Part shown: positions 1 to 9,176 of the stretch, piece after piece
Numbering within the stretch: the stretch's first letter is position 1
Layout of the letters: every line of letters starts with the position of its first letter
NCBI GenBank assembly: GCA_964562615.1
Contig: CAZLUD010000003.1
Span: 2,885-66,884, forward strand
Direction of reading: 5' to 3'
DNA: 64,000 bases
DNA from: an uncultured Candidatus Saccharibacteria bacterium
GTDB lineage: Bacteria; Patescibacteriota; Minisyncoccia; Phycocordibacterales; UBA12088
Position numbers and translations under genes: made by a program
The notes under the pieces: model-generated
What the model was told of the DNA's origin: nothing
The model's database searches: none
Seen by the model: the letters and a program-made list of their open reading frames with translations, nothing else

Positions 1-3000
1 ACCTTGCAAGCTGGTGATGCCAATCATCAAATTACGTTTGGTGATACTACAGTTTTCACGACTTGGCATAATTTTAAGTTTGATAAGAATAACGGCGGCG
101 CGACAACAATTATGACGGTGGGCACGGTAGGAAGCAGTAACGTCGGCATCGGGACGACAACACCAACAGCACCTCTTCATGTGAGTGGAGCAAGTGGATA
201 TTCAATAGCAAAATTTAAATCACAATTCAGTGTAAGTGGTGTGATTGCCTCTGATAATAGTCAAGTGTTCTTTGGTCATGATTCAGGATCTGATGGAACA
301 TGGAGTAATGGTATGGCAGCAATTAGTAGCGGTGGAGTATTTTTTAACTCGGGTGGATCAGAACGGATGCGGATTACAAGCGCCGGCTCTGTCGGCATCG
401 GCACCACCTCCCCATGGGCAAAGCTTTCCATAAAGGGAAGTGGTACCAGTACCGGCAAGGCGTTTGCAGTTTCTGACTCGTCAAATGTGACAAGGTTTGT
501 GATCAATGATAATGGCAACGTCGGCATCGGGACGGCGTCGCCTAGCTCACTTCTCCACCTCTCTGCGGGGTCAAGTGGTGCGACTGCTATTGCAAATGCA
601 CAGCTAATACTTGAGGCATCAGGTTCTCGCTATATTCAGTTTGCGCTTCCAACTGCTAGCACCGGTGGTATCTTCTTTGGTGATTCTTCTGATAACGATC
701 GGGGAGGAATCACGTATCAAAACAGTACCGCCGCAGGATTGCCCGACACGATGACATTTGTTACGAATGGAAACGCGCGGGCGGTTATAAACAGCACCGG
801 CAATGTAGGTATTGGGACTACCACCCCAGCATATAAACTTGATGTGTTTAGTAACACATCAGCGTCGGCCGCCCGCTTTACCAGTAGTAATGATGGAGGT
901 GGGGTAGGGCTACGCGTAGATACCACCGACACAAACCATGGTGTTATCACTGCCGATTTTGATACCTTGGGCAACCCTACTTTAACCGTTGATTCAGCTG
1001 GCGGTACAATCGGATATTTTCAAATGAGGGAAAGCGGGACACAAGTAATAAGGCTTGGTCAAACATTTAGCGGAGGACAAGTACTGGCGACAAAAAGCAA
1101 TTTGCAAGTAGCAATTGATGCAGATAATGATGGCACTGGGGCGTTTGAAATTGCAAAAGGTAGTTGGAATGGGCGTGTTGGTTCAGACGGAACAAGTCTA
1201 TTCAGAGTTACTAATGCTGGCAACGTCGGCATTGGGACGACGAACCCAGGGGCTAAACTTTCCGTTGCGGCACCGAGCGGAAGCAACGTTGTTGATTTTG
1301 CCCTCTATAACGACGCGGGCTCAACGCAAATCTTAAAACTATCAAGCAACAGCGGCGCGGTAGCGTCTGTTACTTCCTACGGGGATATGAACCTCGTCAC
1401 TCAAAATAGCGGAGTTCTGTACTTGAAGCCAAATGGTTCATCGATGCTTTCACTTAATCCTGTCACGGGGAATTCATCATTCACGGGCTCTGTCGGTATT
1501 GGGATTACCACACCCCTTGATAGTTTGCATTTGTTTAAAAATGAACCAGGAATTATCTTAGAAGACGATGGGTGGGGTGCGGGTACAGGTGGTATGTGGA
1601 GGATGCGTCCTGCAAACAATGATGGAAGGTTTAAAATCGAACGCAACACATCTTCGGCGAGAGATTTTGCTACGTATGTGGAGGATTTGGTGATAACAAC
1701 CGCAGGTAATGTGGGAATTGGGACGACGGCACCACTTTCTCAGCTGCAAATCAAAAATGCAACAAACCAAGAAACACAGATTGGCGGCACTGCAGGAATC
1801 TATACAAATTCAACATACTTTACCGATTTATTTAGACTTGACTCAGCTATAAACTTTAGCCGCAGTTCAGATGGTGCGTTTTTGAACTCGATTTTTGGTT
1901 ACGAAACCACTGCTCTTGCTGAGAATAATCTCGGTCTTGTTGCGCGTCATGACATTAAGTTTGTTGTTGGAGCCACAGCTGACAGAGGAATGATTATAAA
2001 AAGCGGAGGCAATGTGGGTATTGGTACTACCGCACCTGGAAATGATTTGCATATCTCAGGAACAGAATCGATCATCAGACTACAAGCAACTGCGGTAAGT
2101 GGAAAGTCATGGGATATTGTCTCTGGTGGTGGCGGGGCACACACCGCAGGAGTGTTTGCGCTTCAAGACACTACAGGTGGCACAACACCATTTAAAATAA
2201 TCAACCCCACAGCTAATGATGTGCTTGCGGTGGTGGGGAGTAGTGTCGGTATTGGAACAAGTAATCCAGGTGTAAAACTCGAAGTAAATGGTGGAAGTAG
2301 CATCGCAGCAATTCGCCTCGCAACATCTGCCCTTACTAACGGGTTCGATATTGGCTATCTCAACGGAACTTCTGACCCAGCACTCTACCTCTTTAACAGA
2401 GAAAATGGAGCAATGATTTTGAGTACAAACGCCACAGAGAGAATGCGCATCACTAGTGGTGGCAACGTCGGTATTGGTACAACAAACCCGGGACAAAGAC
2501 TTCAGGTTGGCGCGGGGGTAGTATCAGATTTTTCTGAGGCAAATATATTTGATACAGCAACTGAAGCTATATCTATCGTTGGAGATGCAGGTGGTGAAGA
2601 TGCTGCTCTTGTACTGGGTGTAACAGATGGGACAAGAAATAGTAGAGCCAAATTCTTTATCTCTGATCAAAAAGAGTGGGGATTGTGGCAAACATGGTCT
2701 TCTGGAGGAGATCAAGATTTTGTTCTTGGTATGGGAGCTGGTGGAGAAAGGTTAAGAGTCACCAGTGGGGGGAGTGTCGGTATTGGCACCTCCACACCAA
2801 CTACTGGTAAATTTGTTATCGCTGCTGGTCATAACGCAAATGCGCTTGTATTAGAGAATGTCGCCGTAGGAAAGTATTGGTCGGTGTATAACTACACCAA
2901 TAGCTCTGCGACAGATTTGCGATTCTACGAACAAAACTCAGGTGGTAATTCTTTGACCCTACAAGCAGGGGGTAATGTGGGTATAGGCACAGTAAATCCT

Positions 3001-5136
3001 ACTGCCAAACTTACAGTTGTAGGAGGTAATGTCCGAGTTGATACTAATCAAGGAGTAGAATTTGGCGGAGCAAACAACTTTATTTATGGAAACGAAACAA
3101 GTGATTTTATTGCACTTGTTACCAACAACACGGAAGCAATGCGAATGTTAAGTAACGGATATGTCGGTATTGGCACCACCTCGCCATCACAAAAACTTGA
3201 TGTTGCTGGCATTATTGCGGTAAGTGGACAGGCAGCCCTATGGTCTGATTCTTCTTATATTTATGTGGGTGATATTGCGGGAGGGGATGGATATCGAAGC
3301 TTGGTACTACGCAGTAATGATACAGAACAGATGCGTATTACCACTGCGGGTAACATTGGTATCGGCACCACCACCCCTACGGCAACAAGTAATAACCGAG
3401 CACTTTCTATCTATGGAACATGGACCTCAAGTATTGACTTGGGCGGTAACGGTGCTTATCGACACCTTACTCTAAGCACAGACGGCAGCGGAAATGGATA
3501 CCTTACAGCAAACAGTGCAAAAAGTCTCTATCTTGGATCAGACAATGCAACACGAATTACACTACACGCAAACGGTAATGTTGGCATCGGGACGACGGTG
3601 CCACAAAGTAGATTGGAGGTGATTGGCGCTGGATCAGACCAGGAAGCATTAACGTTGCGTAATGTATCAGGGGGTGGAAAGCTGGCGCTAGGTGCCAGAA
3701 CCACAACCGGAGAAGCGTTTTTGCAAGGATTAACCAATGGTGGCTCAGCTAACGCGTTACTTCTTAATCCAAACGGGGGTAATGTGGGTATTGGGACAAC
3801 AACACCTACCAGTGGCAAACTAGTTATTGCAGGTAGCGATGATCTTGTTGCGCTTGCGGTTACCAATACATCAGCTATGACCGCAAGTTTTGAACTTGGT
3901 CAGACCTTGCAAGGGGGGAACTCTATTCCATATCTTCGAACTCTTCGAGGTGGTGACAACGCCAGTTTTCGAATTTATGCGGGCGGTACCGCTCTCTCAG
4001 GTACTCCTGCATTGACAGTGCGGTATAACGGCAACATCGGCATCGGGACGACGACGCCAGGGGCGAAATTACAAGTGAACTATGATGGAGGGGCAACAGC
4101 TGCTCTCATAAGTGAAACAGTTGCGTCCTTTAGTAATACCTCTGCAACTACGGATAATGCTTACATAAGTATCCAATCAGGAAATGCGGCAGAAGCAGCA
4201 ATTGTATTTGGAGATACGGACGATGATAACCGAGGATATCTAAGATATGTAAACGGCGCGACTGATTACTTCTCGATTGCTGTTGCTGGAGAAAAAGTAA
4301 GAGTTCAGCAGGACGGCAACGTCGGCATCGGCACCACCACTCCATGGCGCACCCTCTCCGTCACCGGCACCGTCGGCTTTGATGGTCTCACCGGCTCCAC
4401 CGGAGCCGGGTCACTATGTCTCTCATCAAGCAAACAAGTGGTATACAACAGTGCATCAGACAGCTGTCTTCCATCACTAAGAGAAACAAAGCACGATATA
4501 GCAGCCCTCGCACTCTCAGCTACCGAAGTACTCTCTACCATAGAACCAGTATCATTTATATATAATGAGAGTGATGGCAGAGTCCGCTACGGCTTTATCG
4601 CAGAAGATGTCGCTGCAGTAGACCCTCACCTTGCTACCTATAACGCCTCAAGTACCATTTCTGGTATAGACGATAGAGCTATGGTGTCTCTTCTTGTGAA
4701 GGGGTTTAAGGAGGTGTGGAACGAGGTGGTGATGGTAAAAAATAGTGTGGTAGCGGTAACCAGCAGGGTAGATGAGCATGATAGAGAAATAGCAGAGCTG
4801 AAGGCGCGTATTGCTGCTCTTGAATCAACACAGGCTCCTGAAGAAGGAGAAGAAGAAACTCCTACCGACACAACACCCCCCACCATCACCATCACCGGCA
4901 ACAACCCCGCACAACTAACCGTAGGAGATAGCTATGCCGACCTAGGCGCAATTGCAATTGATGATAGTGGCACTGCAATCCTGCGCACCTACGTTAGAGG
5001 TATAGAGGTAACGGCAGTATCTATTGATACCTCAGTAGCAGGGGAGCATGCAGTGGTGTATGTCGCGACTGACCTTGCAGGCAACAGTGCGACGAGTACG
5101 AGGGCGGTGGTGGTGGAAGAGGTGATCCTTCCATAG
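1..5136 (+). CDS. Large GNVGIGT-repeat fibre/adhesin-like protein with C-terminal S74-type chaperone region, coiled coil and DUF5011-like Ig domain (5'-partial)
   Basis: Frame is open from base 1. 18 (G/S)xVGIGTxxP repeats; PSLRETKHDI...YGFIAEDV chaperone-like motif; DTTPPTITITG...YVATDLAGN Ig-like tail. Confidence 0.85.
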   Translation, partial: TLQAGDANHQITFGDTTVFTTWHNFKFDKNNGGATTIMTVGTVGSSNVGIGTTTPTAPLHVSGASGYSIAKFKSQFSVSGVIASDNSQVFFGHDSGSDGTWSNGMAAISSGGVFFNSGGSERMRITSAGSVGIGTTSPWAKLSIKGSGTSTGKAFAVSDSSNVTRFVINDNGNVGIGTASPSSLLHLSAGSSGATAIANAQLILEASGSRYIQFALPTASTGGIFFGDSSDNDRGGITYQNSTAAGLPDTMTFVTNGNARAVINSTGNVGIGTTTPAYKLDVFSNTSASAARFTSSNDGGGVGLRVDTTDTNHGVITADFDTLGNPTLTVDSAGGTIGYFQMRESGTQVIRLGQTFSGGQVLATKSNLQVAIDADNDGTGAFEIAKGSWNGRVGSDGTSLFRVTNAGNVGIGTTNPGAKLSVAAPSGSNVVDFALYNDAGSTQILKLSSNSGAVASVTSYGDMNLVTQNSGVLYLKPNGSSMLSLNPVTGNSSFTGSVGIGITTPLDSLHLFKNEPGIILEDDGWGAGTGGMWRMRPANNDGRFKIERNTSSARDFATYVEDLVITTAGNVGIGTTAPLSQLQIKNATNQETQIGGTAGIYTNSTYFTDLFRLDSAINFSRSSDGAFLNSIFGYETTALAENNLGLVARHDIKFVVGATADRGMIIKSGGNVGIGTTAPGNDLHISGTESIIRLQATAVSGKSWDIVSGGGGAHTAGVFALQDTTGGTTPFKIINPTANDVLAVVGSSVGIGTSNPGVKLEVNGGSSIAAIRLATSALTNGFDIGYLNGTSDPALYLFNRENGAMILSTNATERMRITSGGNVGIGTTNPGQRLQVGAGVVSDFSEANIFDTATEAISIVGDAGGEDAALVLGVTDGTRNSRAKFFISDQKEWGLWQTWSSGGDQDFVLGMGAGGERLRVTSGGSVGIGTSTPTTGKFVIAAGHNANALVLENVAVGKYWSVYNYTNSSATDLRFYEQNSGGNSLTLQAGGNVGIGTVNPTAKLTVVGGNVRVDTNQGVEFGGANNFIYGNETSDFIALVTNNTEAMRMLSNGYVGIGTTSPSQKLDVAGIIAVSGQAALWSDSSYIYVGDIAGGDGYRSLVLRSNDTEQMRITTAGNIGIGTTTPTATSNNRALSIYGTWTSSIDLGGNGAYRHLTLSTDGSGNGYLTANSAKSLYLGSDNATRITLHANGNVGIGTTVPQSRLEVIGAGSDQEALTLRNVSGGGKLALGARTTTGEAFLQGLTNGGSANALLLNPNGGNVGIGTTTPTSGKLVIAGSDDLVALAVTNTSAMTASFELGQTLQGGNSIPYLRTLRGGDNASFRIYAGGTALSGTPALTVRYNGNIGIGTTTPGAKLQVNYDGGATAALISETVASFSNTSATTDNAYISIQSGNAAEAAIVFGDTDDDNRGYLRYVNGATDYFSIAVAGEKVRVQQDGNVGIGTTTPWRTLSVTGTVGFDGLTGSTGAGSLCLSSSKQVVYNSASDSCLPSLRETKHDIAALALSATEVLSTIEPVSFIYNESDGRVRYGFIAEDVAAVDPHLATYNASSTISGIDDRAMVSLLVKGFKEVWNEVVMVKNSVVAVTSRVDEHDREIAELKARIAALESTQAPEEGEEETPTDTTPPTITITGNNPAQLTVGDSYADLGAIAIDDSGTAILRTYVRGIEVTAVSIDTSVAGEHAVVYVATDLAGNSATSTRAVVVEEVILP

Positions 5137-5162
5137 GGATATGGTTGTGATAGGGTGGTGGT

Positions 5163-5456
5163 ATGAAAGAAGCACTCATCCTCGTGACCGGAAAGGTACA
5201 AGGGGTATTTTTTAGAGAATTTGTCCACGATACCGCAGAATCGCTTGGTGTGGTGGGGAGAGTATCAAATGAAAAAGACGGTTCGGTGAGGGTTGTTGCG
5301 CAGGGATATGAGGCAATACTGAAGAAATTTATTGCAAAAGTAGAGGAAGGAAATGGACGTTCAGATATTTCATTTGTGCAAGTACTGTGGCAAAAGGAGC
5401 TATCTGAAACCTTTACCTACTTTGACATAGTTACTACTACTGATGACACCAAATAA
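5163..5456 (+). CDS. acyP: Acylphosphatase
   Basis: GKVQGVFFR and GRVSNEKDGSV motifs, 97 aa. Confidence 0.93.
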   Translation: MKEALILVTGKVQGVFFREFVHDTAESLGVVGRVSNEKDGSVRVVAQGYEAILKKFIAKVEEGNGRSDISFVQVLWQKELSETFTYFDIVTTTDDTK

Positions 5457-6129
5457 AACACCTACGTGTATCGGTATTATTATTGATGGTAACCGTCGAT
5501 GGGCGACAGAGCGTGGTTGCTCTACCTATGAGGGGCATCGAGAGGGGAGCGAGCGCATAAAAGATGTGGTGCTGTGGGCAAAGGAGGCGGGAGTGGCGCA
5601 CCTTATCATCTATACCTTTTCAACAGAAAACTGGAAGCGAAGTGAAGAAGAAAAGAAATATCTCTTTGAGATACTTGAAAGTGCTATTGATACCTATGTA
5701 CAAGAGCTCGCACCCCATGGAGTGAAAATACGGTGCATAGGGCAACGAGAGAGATTTTCAAAAACATTTCAAGAAAAGATACACAATGCAGAAGTGCTCA
5801 CACAACAACACACCGCATGCACGGTTACCTTTGCTCTCTCGTATGGTGGTAGAGCTGAAATAACAAGCGCGGTTAACACGCTGCGTGTGGCGGATAAAAA
5901 AGAAGTAACCGAGGAGGATATCACAAATGCTATGTGGACTAGTGGTATCCCTGATCCTGACATCATTATTCGTACCGGTGGAGAAAAGCGCCTCTCTGGA
6001 TTTTTGCCATGGCAATCTGTATATGCAGAGCTGTTTTTTGTCGATGAGTACTGGCCGGCATTTTCAAAAGAGACATTTACCGCCATACTGAGCGAATATG
6101 GTAATAGAGAAAGACGGCGGGGTGCCTGA
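5443..6129 (+). CDS. uppS: Undecaprenyl diphosphate synthase (cis-prenyltransferase)
   Basis: IIDGNRRW, FSTENWKR, YGGR, IRTGGEKRLSGF motifs. Confidence 0.96.
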   Translation: MTPNKTPTCIGIIIDGNRRWATERGCSTYEGHREGSERIKDVVLWAKEAGVAHLIIYTFSTENWKRSEEEKKYLFEILESAIDTYVQELAPHGVKIRCIGQRERFSKTFQEKIHNAEVLTQQHTACTVTFALSYGGRAEITSAVNTLRVADKKEVTEEDITNAMWTSGIPDPDIIIRTGGEKRLSGFLPWQSVYAELFFVDEYWPAFSKETFTAILSEYGNRERRRGA

Positions 6130-6850
6130 CCCGACAATACTATTTGAAAACCACGACATGGTGGTTGTTAATAAACCCGCGGGGCTTATGGTGCATCCCG
6201 ATGGTCGCACAACAGTACCTACGCTTGTTGATTGGGTGCTTCGCACCTTTCCTTTGGTTGTGGGCGTTGGTGAGCCTATTATTCTTCAGGATGGTACGGT
6301 TATAGAAAAGCCGGGGATTGTTCATCGGCTTGATACTGATACGTCTGGTGCGCTTGTGCTTGCAAAGACACAAGAAGCATTTGTACATCTGAAAGATCAA
6401 TTTAAAAATAGACACGTAAAAAAAACATACGTCGCGTTTGTCTGGGGAGAAATAAAAGACGATAGGATAACTATAGATAGACCAATAGGGAGGTCGGGAA
6501 GTGATTTTAGAAAATGGTCTGCTACCCGTGGCGCGCGAGGCACTCTGCGTGATGCGTGCACAGATATACGTGTACTACAGCGTACAAAAGAATATACCTA
6601 TATTGAGGCATTGCCAAAAACAGGACGCACCCATCAAATACGAGTGCATCTAAAGGCCATTAATCATCCCATTTTGTGCGATACACAGTACGCAAATTCG
6701 TCACAATGTGGCCTTGGGTTTACGCGGCAAGCGCTTCATAGTAGGGTGATTGAGATTGAAACCCCCTCCGGGGAACGGGTGCGGGTGGAGGCTCCACTCC
6801 CAAGGGATTTTGAAGAAGCGCTTCGTATTTTTACTAAAGAGATTGCCTGA
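6098..6850 (+). CDS. RluA-family pseudouridine synthase
   Basis: VNKPAGL, HRLDTDTSG, TGRTHQIRVH motifs. Confidence 0.95.
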   Translation: MVIEKDGGVPDPTILFENHDMVVVNKPAGLMVHPDGRTTVPTLVDWVLRTFPLVVGVGEPIILQDGTVIEKPGIVHRLDTDTSGALVLAKTQEAFVHLKDQFKNRHVKKTYVAFVWGEIKDDRITIDRPIGRSGSDFRKWSATRGARGTLRDACTDIRVLQRTKEYTYIEALPKTGRTHQIRVHLKAINHPILCDTQYANSSQCGLGFTRQALHSRVIEIETPSGERVRVEAPLPRDFEEALRIFTKEIA

Positions 6851-6882
6851 TAAAAAAGTTCGTGGTATCGTACGCAAACATT

Positions 6883-7485
6883 ATGAAAACGGCAGAAATT
6901 CATACATCTATTAATATAGACTCCCGAAAGGAGATAGCTATCTCGTCTGGAGACACCGTTCGCGTGTATTCTAAGATTGAGGATAAGGGAAAGACTCGTA
7001 TACAGATGTTTGAGGGAGTGGTTATCGCGACCAAGCACGGCAACGAACCAGGCGCCACCTTTACTGTTCGTAGGTCTCAAGGAGGGTATGGCGTAGAGAG
7101 GGTGTTTCCACTATTTTCTCCACTTATAGATAAAATTGAGGTGGTAAAAAGAACAAGGGTAAAGCGAGCTAAGCTTTATTACATCAGAGACAAGGCATCT
7201 AAGGAGATACGACGACAGATGCGAAAGACACGCATTGTTGCTGAAGGTACCCTAAGTGAACAAGCAGAAGCTCGAAGAATTGAGGATGAAGCAGCTAAAG
7301 CGAAGGCAGAGATAGAACAAGCTGAAGCAGAAGCAAAGAGAATCGAAGACGAAGCTCGCGCTAAAGAAGAGGCAGAGCAAAAGGCAAAGGAGGAGGCAGA
7401 AAAAGCAGCAGCAGCACCTGAGGTTGTCGAAGAGGCACCGAAAGAAGAAACTGCTACTGAAGAAAAAAAGGAGGAAGAGAAGTAA
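6883..7485 (+). CDS. rplS: 50S ribosomal protein L19 with E/A/K-rich C-terminal extension
   Basis: GDTVRV, FEGVVI, TFTVR, GVERVFP, RAKLYYIR. ATG 6883 chosen because it follows a TTGCCT-N17-TATCGT promoter-like pair. Confidence 0.96.
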   Translation: MKTAEIHTSINIDSRKEIAISSGDTVRVYSKIEDKGKTRIQMFEGVVIATKHGNEPGATFTVRRSQGGYGVERVFPLFSPLIDKIEVVKRTRVKRAKLYYIRDKASKEIRRQMRKTRIVAEGTLSEQAEARRIEDEAAKAKAEIEQAEAEAKRIEDEARAKEEAEQKAKEEAEKAAAAPEVVEEAPKEETATEEKKEEEK

Positions 7486-7488
7486 TAC

Positions 7489-7522
7489 ACAAAAGCGAGC
7501 CACAACGGCTCGCTTTTGTTTT
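7489..7522 (+). terminator. Intrinsic terminator after rplS (probably bidirectional)
   Basis: ACAAAAGCGAGCC-ACAAC-GGCTCGCTTTTGT followed by T run. Confidence 0.8.
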
Positions 7523-7524
7523 GA

Positions 7525-7627
7525 GCGACCAAAGAAATAAGGAGCAAAGCGACTATATTTCTTGAAGTACTCTTGCGGTGCGACCAAATTTTTACGACCG
7601 TAGGGAGATAAAAATGGAAGTACTCTT
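7525..7627. repeat. Two ~50-bp structured units GCGACCA-hairpin-GAAGTACTCTT
   Basis: Units 7525-7574 and 7580-7627 share ends. Inner caps GGAGCAAAGCGAC and CGACCGTAGGGAG have the same predicted fold. Confidence 0.6.
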
Positions 7628-7629
7628 TG

Positions 7630-7827
7630 TGGTGCCCAGGACAGGACTTGGTCACGAGTTGCTAAGTAGTTTATTCACTACGTTTTAAACTACTAAGCAC
7701 TCTCGACCCCGCCTCGCCGACAAGCACTCGCGTTGCTCGTCTTGTATACCGGCTGCGGCTTTCAAGTCCTTTCCTGTAGCCAAAACAATAATCGCCGAAT
7801 GCATACGCATCCGGCTCTTTTGTTTTG
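7630..7827 (-). repeat. tRNA-Leu 3'-associated structured element ending in a duplicate tRNA 3' end with CCA
   Basis: 19-bp direct repeat 7632-7650 = 7827-7845; inverted T-arm copy at 7761-7776. Confidence 0.85.
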
Positions 7828-7911
7828 TGCCCAGGACAGGACTTGAACCTGCACAGCCTTGCGGCCACTACCACCTCAAGGTAGCGTGTATACCAATTTC
7901 ACCACCTGGGC
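7828..7911 (-). tRNA. tRNA-Leu(GAG)
   Basis: Minus strand GCCCAGG acceptor stem, CTACC-TTGAGGT-GGTAG anticodon arm, long variable arm, GGTTCAAGTCC T-arm. Confidence 0.96.
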
Positions 7912-7924
7912 ATAAGACTGCTGT

Positions 7925-7953
7925 AGTATGCCTTGCCCGAGCACTATTTTCAA
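7925..7953 (-). promoter_or_regulatory. Sigma70-like promoter for tRNA-Leu
   Basis: Minus strand TTGAAA-N17-CATACT just upstream of the tRNA 5' end. Confidence 0.55.
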
Positions 7954-8022
7954 TAGTGCTCATATAATTCTAAAAAAACACCGAAATGCGGTATGCTATA
8001 TGTATATAGATAACATCCGCAT

Positions 8023-9174
8023 ATGCATATAGAACAAAAGAAATGGACGAAACAACATGGATGGGTTATGCACACCAAAGAACCGCTACCAACACCACCG
8101 TCACTTGTGTTGGTGTTTGGCGGCAATGATGCACTAAAGAACACCACTCTCTTTGAAGAGATTAGGTCGTGGTATCCATCAGCAAAAATAGTAAGCGCAT
8201 CTACTGCGGGGGAGATAATCGATACCGAGGTATCTGATGATGCGTTGGTACTTTCTGCAATCGCATTTGAAAAAACAACAATACAGTGTGTAGAGGCAAC
8301 AATAGACTCATCAGAGCATAGTGAAGAGGTAGGAAAGACTCTCGCACAAGCACTCCCTAAAGAAGGTCTTGTCCACGTAATGATATTTTCAGACGGGTTG
8401 TTTGTTAACGGTACTGCACTTGTGAAGGGTTTGTTGGCAGAACTACCGCAGAGCGTATCGGTAACCGGAGGGTTGGTGGGTGATGGCCCACGATTTAAAG
8501 AAACCATGGTAGGGCTAGACACCATGGCGGCACAAAAGAAACTCGTATGCATTGGTTTTTATGGGCAATCAATTAAGGTAGGATACGGCTCTTTGGGCGG
8601 ATGGGATTCATTTGGCGTATCTCGCACGATTACCAAGGCACAAGGTAATGTGTTGTATGAATTGGATGATAAACCAGCGCTCGTACTCTATAAAGAATAT
8701 CTTGGAGATCTAGCAAAAGATTTGCCAGCAAGTGGGCTTCTGTTTCCGCTTAGTCTAAAAGTCACCACCGACCTTGGTGTGGAGGTAGAGGTGGTGCGTA
8801 CGGTGCTTGGTGTTGATGAGGCCACACAATCAGTTACCTTTGCGGGGGACATGCCGGTAGGTGTTGTTGCTCGTTTTATGAAGGCTAATTTTGATCGCCT
8901 CATTGATGGCGCATCTGGTGCTGCAAGTATGAGCACGGTATCACTTGGCGAGGGAAAGGCAGAGCTTGCGATTTTGGTAAGTTGCATTGGTAGAAAATTG
9001 GTGTTGAAGGACAGGGTAGAGGATGAGACCGAAGCGGTACGAGAAATTGTTGGTGCAAATGCGCACATGATAGGGTTTTATTCTTATGGCGAGATTAGTC
9101 CAACCACCCCAACCGAGCGACAGTGTCAGCTACACAATCAGACCATGACCATTACCACCCTGAGGGAAGTATAG
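8023..9174 (+). CDS. FIST N/C-domain sensor protein
   Basis: STAGEI, FSDGL, GGLVGD, LYELDDKPAL, SCIGRK, GFYSYGEI, LHNQTMTIT motifs. Confidence 0.92.
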   Translation: MHIEQKKWTKQHGWVMHTKEPLPTPPSLVLVFGGNDALKNTTLFEEIRSWYPSAKIVSASTAGEIIDTEVSDDALVLSAIAFEKTTIQCVEATIDSSEHSEEVGKTLAQALPKEGLVHVMIFSDGLFVNGTALVKGLLAELPQSVSVTGGLVGDGPRFKETMVGLDTMAAQKKLVCIGFYGQSIKVGYGSLGGWDSFGVSRTITKAQGNVLYELDDKPALVLYKEYLGDLAKDLPASGLLFPLSLKVTTDLGVEVEVVRTVLGVDEATQSVTFAGDMPVGVVARFMKANFDRLIDGASGAASMSTVSLGEGKAELAILVSCIGRKLVLKDRVEDETEAVREIVGANAHMIGFYSYGEISPTTPTERQCQLHNQTMTITTLREV

Positions 9175-9176
9175 CT

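Noticed and set aside
1-5136. Prophage tail-fibre gene
   Set aside because: Followed directly by housekeeping genes, with no phage genes in the window; such repeat proteins are common CPR surface proteins.
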